Assembly: GCF_021869535.1 (NCBI RefSeq)
Contig: NW_026262666.1
Location: forward strand, 9,424,001 to 9,488,000
Length of the DNA stretch: 64,000 bases
DNA from: Mytilus californianus
Taxonomy: Eukaryota
Reading direction: 5' to 3'
Shown: piece by piece, positions 13,871-27,000 of the stretch
Layout of the letters: each line of letters begins with the position of its first letter
Numbering within the stretch: position 1 is the stretch's first letter
The notes under the pieces: model-generated
Seen by the model: only the letters and a program-made list of their open reading frames with translations
Told to the model about the DNA's origin: nothing
Database searches by the model: none
Made by a program: the position numbers and the translations under genes

Positions 13871-16800
13871 GCATGTTATTTACTATTAAAATTATTGCTC
13901 AGCAATCAGGTCGAAACCAATCCAGGACCAAACAACTTAAATGAGTCTAGCTACCCATGTTCAATCTGCTCACGGGAGTGTACTTGGAACCAAGACGCTA
14001 TAGTCTGTGATAACTGTGATAAATGGTGTCATGCAGGGTGTGAAAATATCAGCTCATCCATGTATGAAAAGTATGGAAATACTTCAGCCCTCTGGGTATG
14101 TCCAAATTGTGATACCCCCAATCATTCCAGAACAATTTTTCAGTCCTTTTTATCAACAGGAAATTCAGTGTTAACAACAAACTCATTTTCATGTTTATCC
14201 CAAATTGACAGTTCAGCTTTTTCAGTCAGTCTTAATGATAATACAGATAATATTGGAAATCCAGTAGCTACATCTTCTCCAAAACCAGTAGTGACAAAAA
14301 TAAATAGGCAAACCTCGCTAAGAGTGTTAAACATAAATTTTAGAAGCTGCAAAAACAAAGTGGCCCAAATAGAAAACTTAATAACATCATCTAAACCTGA
14401 TATTATAATTGGGAATGAGACTTGGCTAAATAAGGATGTCAAGTCCTCTGAGATATTTCCTTCTTCACTATTTGAGGATGTATTCCGGAGAGACCGAGAA
14501 CGTAAAGAAGGCGGAGGCATTTTAATAGCTATTAAAAAGGGTATTAGATGCCAACAAATTTATTGTAGTAAAAATGTAGAGCTGATTGCAGCACAAATAG
14601 ATATAACAGATTCAAAGTCCTTGATAATTGTTTCAGTTTATAGGCCACCAAGTAAATCTGATATAAACTATTTTAAACAGATGTTATTAGAATTAAATGA
14701 TTTAAAATTAAAGTTTAAAAATTCAACCTTCTGGATAAGTGGAGACCTTAATCTTCCTGATATAGATTGGCCATCAATGACAATAGAGGGCAAAATGTAC
14801 CCGAAAGAAATGAATGAAATCTTTTTAGATTTATTAAACAATCTAGGTTTGGATCAGTTAGTAAATTTTCGTACCAGGAAAGATAATATTTTAGACATCT
14901 TTTGTACCAACCAACCAAATCTTATAACCAAAATTAAATCAATACCCGGTATATCGGATCACAACATAGTTTTTGTTGATGCCATTTGTAAGCCTAAAAG
15001 AGCTACGCAATGCCCCCATAAAATTTCTTATGGAAGAAGGTAGATTTAGAAAAAATTAAAAATATAACCAAATCATTTATATATGATCTGCTAAGCCAGA
15101 CCACATTAGAACTTACTATAGATCAGTGGTGGATTAAGTTTAGAGATGGAATAATAAAAATCATTAATGATAATATACCAAGTAAAATGACAAAATCTAA
15201 ATATACAAATCCCTGGGCAAATAAAGAAATTGATAGTTTATGTAAAAAACAAAGACGAGCATTTAATAAAGCTAAAAAAACTGGGAAACAAATCCACAAA
15301 GATAAATACAAAAAGCTTAAAGCAACAGCTCAAAGAGAAATTAGGAAAGCCCAAAAGTAAATATATGGAAGAAATCATAAGTCCACAACTGGAGGAAAAA
15401 CCAAAATCATTTTGGCAATACATAAAAGGGAAAAAGACTGAAACATCAGGAGTCTCACCTTTGAGAGGTAAAGATGGATTACTTTATAGTGATCCACAAA
15501 CACAATCAAATATTTTAAATGAACAATTTAAAAGTGCATTTACTAAAGAAGACAAAACTTCAATGCCACATAAACCTAAAAGTCCCTACCCCACCATGCC
15601 AGATATAACCATTAATATCAATGGCATAAACTCCTTAAAAATATAAACCCCCATAAAGCTAGTGGGCCTGATAATATCCCTGCTATTTTCCTTAATAAAC
15701 TCTCAGAAGAGATATCCCCCTTCCTTTTATTCTTTTTTCAAAAATCCATAAATGATGGAAAAATCCCAGAAGAGTGGAAACAGGCAAATGTTGTGCCAAT
15801 TTTTAAAAAGGGAGATAAGCATAATGCAATTAACTATAGACCGGTTTCTTTAACGGCTATATGTTGTAAGGTTTTAGAACACGTCTTAACAAGTAACATT
15901 AGAAAACATTTAGATTTAAATAATATTTTAAATGATTGCCAACATGGCTTTAGGAGTAAACGTTCCTGTGAAGCACAACTTGTTATCAGCATCCAGGACA
16001 TAGCCAAATACTTGGCAGAAGGTAATCAAGTTGATGCAATACTTTTAGATTTTTCTAAAGCTTTTGATAAGGTCCCCCATGAAAGGTTAATAACAAAGCT
16101 TAATTATTATGGTATAAGTGAAAATAACTTACTTTGGATAAAAGATTTTTTGTCAAACAGGCAACAGCAAGTCCTGCTTAACGGTGTTCAATCTTCCAAA
16201 TTAGCTGTTGACTCTGGTGTTCCTCAAGGCACAGTATTAGGCCCAACTTTATTTTTGTTATTCATAAACGACCTACCTGAGCATGTCTCCTGTAAGGTTC
16301 GTCTTTTTGCTGACGACTGTTTACTTTATGAAACATCAAATAATATAAGAGAGTCTCAAGCACTCCAAAAAAATCTATCAAGCCTTGAAAATTGGGAATC
16401 TGAATGGCAAATGAAATTTAATCCTGAAAAATGCTATGTCATAAATTTATCTAAAAAGTCGAAAACTAATTTATTTCAATATAAATTACATAACCATGTA
16501 CTTGAATCTGTCAAAGACAGCAAGTATCTAGGAGTTACAATAAGCAATGATCTTGATTGGGGGCCCCATATTAATAATATAACTTCAAAGGCAAATAAAA
16601 CACTAGGATTTTTACGTAGAAACATGAAAAATTGTACACGTAAGGTTAAAAACCTTACAAACACATCACTTGTGCGTCCGACCGTCGAGTACTCCTCACC
16701 AGTTTGGGATCCGTACAAACAAAGCCAAATAAACCAAATTGAGCAGATACAGCGTAAGGCAGCAAGATATGTTTTTAATGACTATAACGATAGATCACCA

Positions 16801-17334
16801 GGTGCTGTCACTGGTATGTTAAACAAACTAAAATGGGAAAACTTGCAATCCTGTAGAACAAAAGCTAAGCTTGTCTTGATTTATAAGATTAATGGGGGTT
16901 GGTCGAAGTCACTAATGACATCCTGACACAATCTGACAGGCGAACTAGAGGCCTACATAAATTTCGACATATATATACAAATAAAGACTTTTTTAAATCA
17001 TCTTTTTTCCCAAGTACTATTGCTGTCTGGAACGATCTCCCAGAAACAATTTGCATGTCACCCTCCCTAGAATCCTTCAAAGGTGGTATCTCCACCTTAA
17101 CATTTGGAGGTTCTAGTCTGGCTAATTAATTAGTGTAATTAAGCCACTGTACATAATGTGAATATGTTTAACATTAAGCTACAACTAATGTTATTTTAAA
17201 TTGTAATTGAACTGTGGCAAATATTTTTATCTTATAACAAAATTTTCGACATCCATTTGCATGTACATAGCGCCACAGTTCCGGGATATTCCACACTCCG
17301 GCACCGGAGTCTTTCCCGCACCAGGAAGAAGAAG
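13871..17334 (+). mobile_element. L2/CR1-group non-LTR retrotransposon (LINE), ORF2 frameshifted: 2A-like peptide, PHD finger, APE endonuclease, reverse transcriptase
   Basis: ORF 13895-15043: PHD (CSIC..CDNCDKWCHAGC..WVCPNC) and APE (NINFRS, GNETWL, RDR..GGG, SVYRPP, GDLNLP, LDIF, SDHN). ORF 15793-16926: RT (NYRPVSLT, QHGFR, LDFSKAFDKVPH, GVPQGTVLGP, LFADD). Frame changes near 15020, 15355, 15625 and 16900. 3' tail GAAGAAGAAG at 17325-17334. Confidence 0.96.
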
Positions 17335-17425
17335 TTATGACACCAACCTCGGTCATGTCTGTACAATGAACACTGGATGACCTTGTAAAATTGAATTCAC
17401 AATATAATAAATTTTACATTTTTAA

Positions 17426-17741
17426 GACAAATAATGACAAAAAGTGTGAAGCAACTAACTTTTTAATCTAATTTAAAAAAAAAATACTAATACTTAAGTC
17501 AATATAAACAATTTCAGATAATCTATTGAAGTTTTTAAACTTTCATACGTTTGAAAAACCTTTCACTCCTACGAAATAAGTGAAAAAAGTTTGCGTCATA
17601 ACTTCAATCTCTTTCAAACATTAAAAAAACTCTTAATTTACCTACCAAAATATGTCACAAAAACATGATCCTCTTTTGTATAAATTTCTATTTATCTACT
17701 TATTATCTATTTCTGGTTGTTTTCTCTGACGTCAGTTCGTC
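17426..17741. mobile_element. TTAA-target MITE (Kolobok-like), degenerate TIRs
   Basis: TTAA|GACAAATAATGAC ... GTCAGTTCGTC|TTAA; the right end contains a perfect TGACGTCA palindrome (17727-17734). Confidence 0.55.
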
Positions 17742-18019
17742 TTAAGGGTATATTACATTTAAATGTATTATTATGGTTCAATTGAAAATCGTGTGTTTAA
17801 ATTTGTTGACATTTTGTTTACTCAGGTAAATCTTAATCGCAGGTGAGGCTGATAAAACCGCGGGAAAATATTGATTTGTTTATCGAATGGAAAGCTCCGA
17901 GAATACCGAAAGGTATTTTACGTCGATCATGTGACAGTCCAAAATGGATAATGCATGGGAAATCACTTCATAAATTGTCAAGGCCTATATCTAGTCTTAC
18001 AAAGCAAATTTGGCTCCAA

Positions 18020-21000
18020 ATGAATAACGTACATAGTGTTGCAGCTACTGGGTTTAACCAGGTATCCCGGATGTGTTTTATTTTTATGTCTCTCTTACAA
18101 ATAATATCTAAAACAAGTTATAAACGAACTGACCATAGGGCTAGTGAATTACATGTTAGAACAATATTTTGTCTTTACTAAATGAAAAAAGTTAGAAGTG
18201 ACCTTCAAAGATATTGATAAAAGCTCATTATTTTTTAACATGGAATCTAAAACAACTAAAAAAACTAACTAAAACCAGAATCAACAGAATTTTGATTACC
18301 GGGTAGGTGCGTTTGCAGGGCAGCAGCTTCTCCTTGAATGTGTGCACCTACCATTGTGGGAATCCAAATTAAGTCAAAATGTCATGACAGGATGTTAAAT
18401 TTACAGATGTAGATCAGACAAGAATTTGTATATTTAAGACTAGAGTGAAAAGTCAATATGAATTGATGTGTTTTGTGGTTTAATGTAATAAACTGTTGTA
18501 TTCTACGCCTTATGTTTGTTTGTATCTTTATGAGGGTCGTAATGGGGGTACCTTCATGACGAATAACGGTAAAAATTCTTGTCAAATGACGTTAACGGTA
18601 ATTTTTGGTGCATGACGATAAAATGTACACTTTCTTTTAGACGATAAAAAAATTGACTGGTTTTGACGAATCAAGTTAAATTTTTTCCAAAAATAATGGC
18701 AATGATAATTATTTGAGACCTCTGACGAATCACGGTAAAATTTAGACCAATTTGACGCTAATGGTAGTCGAAAATGACCATTTGATGCCTGACGGTAAAG
18801 GGCATCACTAACCTATATCACCTGATCTTTTTCACTTGGTTATGCTACTAATTAAAGAAAGAGTGTCGATAAAACCAAGCATGTCCCTGACTTGTCAATA
18901 CGCTTGATTCCAATCGTTATCTTTCCGTCAAAGTGTTTGGTTTTATGTGACGTTATTTGACGTCATTTGTTCATTTGTTGGGCATAAAATCTACGTCAGT
19001 ACTTTGAGCTAAGGGATGACTATTCTAATGGGGATAAATTCCATATGACTGCTTTGATACCTGTTTTTTTTTTAAAATAATATATTCCTTTGAGCAGGGT
19101 TGGATTATGTACATAAGAATAAAGAGGGGTGTTTAAATAATGTCAAGCAGTCACAATTACTTTATCAGTTCAAAGATGCAGGGATCCAGTTGGCCCATAA
19201 AATGTTTAAATGACGTGAGAAATCAGCATATAGTAAAAGAGTATTTCTGGTAATGGAAATGATATGAATCAAATGTATTATAACTGGCTCTGAAAGTGAG
19301 CTGAATTAAGTTTGAGACATAGTATGACCTAAAGCAAGTTACAGCACTGCCAAAAACCAAGGATGGGGTTGATTACTTTGAAATGTAACCAAGTAAATTA
19401 TGATTACTTTACTAATTTAATGTTGTCCTTATCAGGACTGAAAAATGGCTACAAAGTGACATCCAATACCAGAAATTTTCATCTTCATAATACTCCTTTG
19501 GAACCTCCAAGATTTACTCTGTTTAAACTTTTTAAGTTATTTAAAGAATTAATTGGTGATGCTAATAAATATTCTAATGCAATCTGTTTGTAAGGATAAT
19601 TTTCATTGGACGTTGAAAATTATTTTGAAGGGTTAGATTCCACTTTCTACCAGTCCGTAACTAAGAAAGCCACAATTTTGAATTCCGATTTTTGTTTGTT
19701 TGTAATTTCTCACAAAATAAACAAGAAAGTCACATTTTGTGCCTCAAAATTTTCTTTTTTGTCAACATTAAAACCATTCTGAAGCGTACGAAAGGTATAA
19801 ATACGTGTAATGTTTATGTTTGACATCGTGAATATACATATGACGTCACATTGACGATGCTAAAGAAGATGCAACAGTTTCACGGACTTTTTCATTTATG
19901 TCATTTTAAGCCAAAACATTTATGAAATGGAATTTGTTTTAATATGCTGCATTAGAATGGAGATAACTGTATTGTATTTTTAGCTTGGCTTTTATTTTAC
20001 TGTTGCAAATATCCGTTTACCTAGCTCCGCTACGCGTCGCTAGGTAAACTCAATTTGCGACTGTAAAATCTACGTTTTACGAAGGCCAAGCTTAAAATAC
20101 AATACAGTTATCTCCTAATTATTCTTATCAATGAATCTATTTTAAGCACTGATGCTTTCAATTATTATAACTCTTATCAGTAATGTAGTTTGTAGACATC
20201 AAAAACAAAAGTAACTTTGCTATGAGGGTCTAGATTGGGTTTACAGTATACAAAATAATGTGAAAAAAGTGCAGAATAAAGGGCAAAATAAATAAAGAAT
20301 AAAGAAAAATATGAAAAAAATGAATAGAGAAATATATTTAAAATAAATGAGTAGAAGAATACTGGATTGCTAAAATATAGAATGGAGAAAAATGGGCAAA
20401 ATGAATAAAGAATAGAGAAAAATGGTCGAAAAAGATTAAAGAACAAAGAAATGAGGGACCCCCATCCAGACCCTCATTTATAAATGAATCCACATCATTT
20501 GGTAAACTATTGAAGGTAATCTACACCTGGAAAAAATACATGTCTCTCACGAGTGAAGACAAAAATATTTTGTATTGGACAACCAATTTGGGATGGTAAC
20601 CTTTAAACTAGTGTGGTGTTGATTTCAATCACTTGTCCCTGTTTTTGTACAGTTTAATAATTTCAGTGGAAATCTTACAAATCAGCTGCATCAGATAGAA
20701 ATCGACCTTATGCAAATGAATATCAAAACATCTGTAAACTTATTTCGGGTCTGTAACTGTTTGAAAATTGAGATGACATAAGAACTCTACAAAACAGAAA
20801 AAAATTCATCGTTTCAAAACTTATCAAAGTCATATACATGTACATGAATATATGTATATGGGCACTTGCATTAGGTCGATCTATCAGACGCAGCTTAATT
20901 GATAATTAGAACAATTATAGATTGACTTTCATAGTCCATACTTCTTACAGACACGTTAACTTCCAATAAAAGCAATAGACTGAATAAAAATAATGATGTG

Positions 21001-24000
21001 AAGCATATGAATTTTGAAATGAAATAATTTTATAATTTTAGGGCAATCATTATGACTCAAACAGACCATCATATACAGACCAGGCTATACGATATATAGT
21101 AGATGTATTGTCAGAGTTATCTCCCCTTAACAGAAAAGGTATAGTTTACAAATTAAATTGAGAAAAAAATATCAAATAAATGTTTAACCACAGTTTTGTC
21201 CTCTAAATAGAAAAGGGAAAATAAGAACAAGAAAAAATATCGAGTAAATGTTTTAAAAAAGTTATGTCCCCTTAACAGCAAATAGATATAAGAAGATGTG
21301 GTATGAGTGCCAATAAGACAACTCTCCATCCATAAAGAAATTTATAAAAGTAAACCATTATAGGTCAAAGTACATTCTTCAACACAGAGCCTTGGCTCAC
21401 ACCAAAAAATTACTAGTGTAAAACCATTCAAACGGGAAAACCAACGGTCTTATCTATATAAAAAACGAGAAACGAGAAACACGTATGAACCACATCAACA
21501 AACGACAACTACAGCACATCAGATTCCTGACTTAGGACAGGTGCAAACAATTGCAGCGGGTTTAAACATTTTTTTACATGTAGCCTTGTGATTAATGTGA
21601 ATAATTGAGTGCCCTCTATCCACTACGGTTTTGCAAGGTTTATGGAGTTATCGTAGTGATCAGAATATAATGACTGGATTATTTGGGTTACCTTGTGATA
21701 AATAAGAATTAGATTGATTGATTGATTGATTGGTGTTAAACCCCACTTTCAACACTATTGTGCTATTTTCGTGGCGGTCAGTTTTTATTGGTGGAGGAAG
21801 CTGGAGTGCCCGGAGAGAACCACCGACCTTCAGTAGGAAAACTAACAATCCTAGTCAATTAAGATTGGAGTCGAGTGCACCTGCCCTGTGCGGGATTGGA
21901 ACTCACAACCTCAGTGTTGACTGGCTAGTGATACAGTAGTTGGACTACTTAGACCACTCGGCCACCGAGGCCCCCATAAGAATTAGATCATTGAGGAATG
22001 TTAAACCAGAGTAATGTCCCCTTTGCAGAACCAATTGATATCAGGTAAATAATCTGTAAGCATTATCCGACTTTAATAAAAAAGTAAAGAAACCTCTGTA
22101 CTGTCTTGTTATTATTTCATATGATGATATTGTATACATACAATAAAAAAAGGATTGAGTTACTTAACAGACAAATAATTTTTCACTGATATTTTAAAGC
22201 AAATAGGTCTTAGAACAATAACCTTTACTTTTGATTTTTAGACGACCGCAAAAAATTTTTTGTGGTCGTATATTGGTATGACGTTTGCGGTGTCGTCGTT
22301 GTCGTCCGGCGTCGTCGTCATCCGAAGACAAATTGGTTTTCCCACTCTTACTTTAGTTTAAGTGAATGGATCTCTATGAAATTTTACCATAAGGTTCAAT
22401 ACTACAAAAGGAAGATTGGGATTGATTTTGGGGGTTATGGTACCAACAGTTAAGGAATTAGGGGCCAAAAAGGGGTCAAAAATAAGCATTTTTGTAACTT
22501 CCAGAAATAACTTGTGTGTTAGTGTATGGATCTCTCTGACATTGTACCACAAGGTCCCATATCACAAAGGGAACGCTGGGATTGATTTTGGGGGTAATTG
22601 CCTCAAAATTTTAGGAATTAGGGGCCCAAAAGGGGGCAAAAAACAAGCATTTATCTAGTTTCATGACAATAACTTGTGTGTAAGAGTATGGATCTTTATG
22701 AAATTGTACTACAAGGTTCCATATCACAAAGGGAAAGCTGGGTTTGAGTTTGAGGGTAATTGCCCTAAACGTTTATGAATTTGGGGCCAAAAAGGGGCAA
22801 AAAAACAAGCATTTTTTTAGTTTCCAGACAATAACTTGTGTTCAAGTGTATGGATCTCTCTGAAATTGTACTGCAAGGTACCATACCACAAAGGGAAGGC
22901 TGGGATTGAGTTTGGGAGTGATGAATCATCAGGGGGTTCAAAAATTTTGGGGGGGATTTTTTTTCCTTTTTTTTCTTTAAAATTTTCCATTTTAAATTGG
23001 TTATTTCTGATTTATATATAAAAGCAAATAATAATGATATGGTTTGAATAGGTGAATTAAAATTTTTTAAGTTCTTAGACCACATTCATTCTGTGTCAGA
23101 AACCTATGCTGTGTCAAATATTTAATTACAATCCAAATTCAGTGCTGTATCAAGCTTGAATGTTGTGTCCATACTTGCCCCAACTGTTCAGGGTTCGACC
23201 TCTGCGGTCGTATCAAGCTGCGCCAAGCGGAGCATTTTATTTTTGATATAGGTGTCAACTTAAAAAACTTCCAAGGGGGAAATCTTCCCCTGAGGTAAAT
23301 TTTAAAGGGGAGATATCCTAGGAGAAAAAAAATGCATTTTTCTTGCTTATTTCATTTCAATTTTGAAAGTTGCTTATGAATGGTTAAGAAAAAATTATAA
23401 TAAAAATTTAGAAGTATTAACCATTAATAAATAGATTAGCTAACACAACACGTCTGATAGCTTGAATTATATATTATATTAATTAACAATGAAGGGACCA
23501 ATGATTTGTCACTTTCTATAAATATGACAAACAACTAAAAATCAAATAATGATTAAAGGGAGAAAAAAAAAAGGGATTTTTTTTTCCAAATAGGGGAGAT
23601 TTAATTTTCCCTTCAGGAGATTGGTCTTATGGGGTAAGTTTCTAATTTTTATATCTGAAGAGTTGACACCTTTGTTTCATGCAAGCATGAATAAATGTTC
23701 CTTGATGTATTTGCAGATCTAAAATATGATGTTTTAGAACTTGGTGCAGGAACAGGAAAATTTACAGAGAAAATAACTTTATGTATATCTCAAGTAAGCT
23801 ACATGGTGACATATATAATCTATATAATTTCTTGTTTGATATGATACTGTAAATTCAGAATTAATGCTTGCATTTCTATGGTCCCGCCACAAAGTAGTTG
23901 GGAGCCATATAGTGTTTATACCATTTTCCATCATCTGTCATTCAGTCATTCTGCAACGAACAGTTATACAGACTTTTTTCTAAATGCCTTCTGACACATA

Positions 24001-27000
24001 TTGAGCTGATTTTTAGTTAGTATTTGAGTCTACTTTGATAAGTTACAGACCAAGTTTTCGTTTGGTTCCGCTCTGCTGATTTTTGGGGAAGTAACAAGCT
24101 TTGGACTTCGAAAATTTCATGAAAATGACAGTTACATATGGACTTTTTCTCTAAATGCCTTCATATATTGAGCTGATTTTTAGTAAATGAGTCTACTGTG
24201 ATGTATTACTGATCGAGTTTACATTTGGTTCAATGCACAAAAAGCAAAGGGATAGCTACCGGTATATTTGTTTTGGGAATCGATACAAGATCACTTTATT
24301 TCACATCTGCATATTTTTGGCAGGCATTCCAGCATTACTTATTTCCCAGTTTCAATTTCCATTTCAGTTACTGTGGATTCAGTTATTTTCATGCTTTCCA
24401 ATTTTTGTGGATTGAGGAAAAAATGTATTTTTCGTGGATATTTGATTTCGTGGTTTTGCAAAATTCTTCATACAAGCCGATAGAAAGTTTGTACTTAGTT
24501 AAATTCGTGGTTTACCTTTACTCACGAAAAAACGAAAATTAGTATTCGACGAATAATAATGAATCCACAGTAAGACCTTTTGTGGAACTGTTCTCATATG
24601 AATCTTGCTAACTATGTAATGATTCACAGTCTGCATTGTTGAAACCCAAGAAAAGATTTACATTAAAAAATAAACAGACAGTAACAAATTCGAAGGGAGA
24701 ATCAGAAATCAGAAATCAAAGAAAACTGATAATATCATGGCTAAAATGATGGAAAGACAAACAACAGTCTACAGAAAACTAATCACAAATAATAAAGACT
24801 GAGCAACAGGAACCCCACAAAAAGACCAGGCCTTGCGGTCATAAAACTTTCGAGCACGATTTTCGTACTCAGACTCAGAAATCAACCAATCAAAATCCTG
24901 GATTTAGTGTTTCGAGCACAAATTTTGTACTCAGAGTACTGAGTATAGTTTTATGACCGAGAGCCCAGGGTTGATCATAGATGCTTTACAAGGATAAGTA
25001 GATCTTGCTCCACATGTGGCACCAGTTCGGTTGCTCATTACAAGTCAAATTATGTGATAAACCTCATTAAGCCGCATATATGCCAAAAAATATGGCATAT
25101 ATGAGTACATTACCTCAAAAATACAGAATAGACAACATTTGTACTAATTAAATTATCATGAAATCATTTAGATAATTAACCACAGAAAGTGAGAACATGT
25201 GTAGAACAAGCAAATGCTTAAAAACTCAAGTTATATTTTCTTTATATTTGTTTTCATCTAGGATGTGAAATATTTAGCTTCTGAACCATCTGAGTCTTTC
25301 CTAGGTGTACTGAGGAATAAAGTCCCAAGTTTTGTTGAATGTGCTCCATGTACAGCCGATGCCATACCTTTACCAAATAATTCTGTCAAGGTTTGTTTTA
25401 GTTAGACAAATATTCATATATGATCTTATAGTCAAAGGGGAATAACTCAAATCATTTTTTTATTTTATGTACAATTTTAACACAGAGGGCGTTAATTGAT
25501 TGATTGTTTGTTAGGTGTAATGCCACTTTCAATACTCATGGTTTGTATGGCCAGTTTTAATTGATGGAGGAAGTTGGAGTTCGGTGAGAACCACTGACCT
25601 TCGGAAGGAAAACTGGTCATCCTAGTCAATTAAGATAGGAATTGAACATGACAAAAAAATATATTCATGACTAAAATTCAGTATTGCCCTGAACAGCAGA
25701 GGGCTTCAATAGGTTTAAGGTGGTACCCAACACCTTGACTAATATTAATTTGTCTTGTTTAATTTTCATAAAATTTTGACAAAATGTTTACTTTGACGCT
25801 TGGACAAAAATTTCAAAATTTTAAAATATTTGAACCAAACACTTTATCAGAAAAATTTCATTGGTTATATGGCAGTTTGACAAACATTAGTTTTGATCAT
25901 TGAGAAGCTTAAACAATACAACGTGATTAAAACGTTTAGCTGATTTTTATAGAATATCTCCATGTAGTGTTAGCTACCACCTTGAACACTTTTTTCAAGC
26001 AGAGTCAAAACTATCTATTTTTGTAGCTCTTTAATCTCACTGTTGTGTGTTTTTAATTTATTTACTTTTAATGTAATGGGTTAGAAAGGATAATTTATGG
26101 TAAATTAATTCATGACCAAAAACTCACTACACTCACTTGACAAAACCAACAGCAAAGGAACAACACTTTTATTGCTGTTCATCTGTGTGTTGCTATTTTG
26201 ACAACACATTTAAATATGTGAAACACTACATCCAGTAAATGGTAATAATAATTATTTATGACTGAAGCTGTTTATTTGCAGACCAATTATCTTCCAACTT
26301 TATGCTAATTGTGAAAAAATATTTTTATTATAAAAAATCTCAAGGCAATTACGAGCAAACAGTCAATTTTATGTAAAGTTACTTCAATATAGCTGTTTCA
26401 CTTGTACAACTGATTTGAACAGTTTATAGAATGAAAGTTTCTGTTTCAATTTAAATAGAGGGGAAAACTTGCCAGGAGTTTAGTTACACGATAATAGTTT
26501 CTGTTGATAAAGATTATCATTTGATTTCCAGTTAATTATTGCTGCACAGTGTTTTCATTGGTTTGCTAATCATGAAAATCTACAAGAATTGTACAGAGTA
26601 CTGGTGCCTGGAGGACGGTTTGGTATGATCTTATAGTTAAAGGGGAATAACTTAATTTTTTTTCTAATATAGAATTTTAACACAGAGGACTTATAGAGGT
26701 TAAACATATCCAGTTGTTTTAGACTATTGCACTCTAATTTGCACTATGAATTGGCTGTTTAAATATAATTTGAAGCATGGATCCTATGGAAAAACAAAAT
26801 AAAAGCAAATGTATTGAAATTCAAAAAAAAACATTGTTAGCTGTTTATATTTTCTCATATTATGCAAACTAATCCTGTAATCAACCAATGATGTGCTTAC
26901 AATACATTCATTGTGATTGATATTTACTTAATATTAAAGTCTTACTTGGAAACAAATTTTTACAGGATAACAAATAAACTCCCAACAGAGTGCACTGAAT

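Noticed and set aside
14140-16718. Minus-strand ORFs 14140-14520, 15123-15311, 15238-15423, 16476-16718
   Set aside because: Antisense to the LINE ORF2; no independent coding signal.
17727-17734. Perfect CRE palindrome TGACGTCA near the methyltransferase 5' end (another at about 19841)
   Set aside because: Lies inside transposon-like sequence, and an 8-mer alone is not evidence of regulation.
21900-21975. tRNA gene
   Set aside because: The A/B boxes belong to a SINE head followed by a V-like domain, (CAAT)n tail and TSD; no full cloverleaf.
22262-23085. Several overlapping 60-106-aa ORFs with repeated peptides
   Set aside because: Translations of the 161-bp tandem monomers; not CRISPR (no unique spacers) and not a gene.
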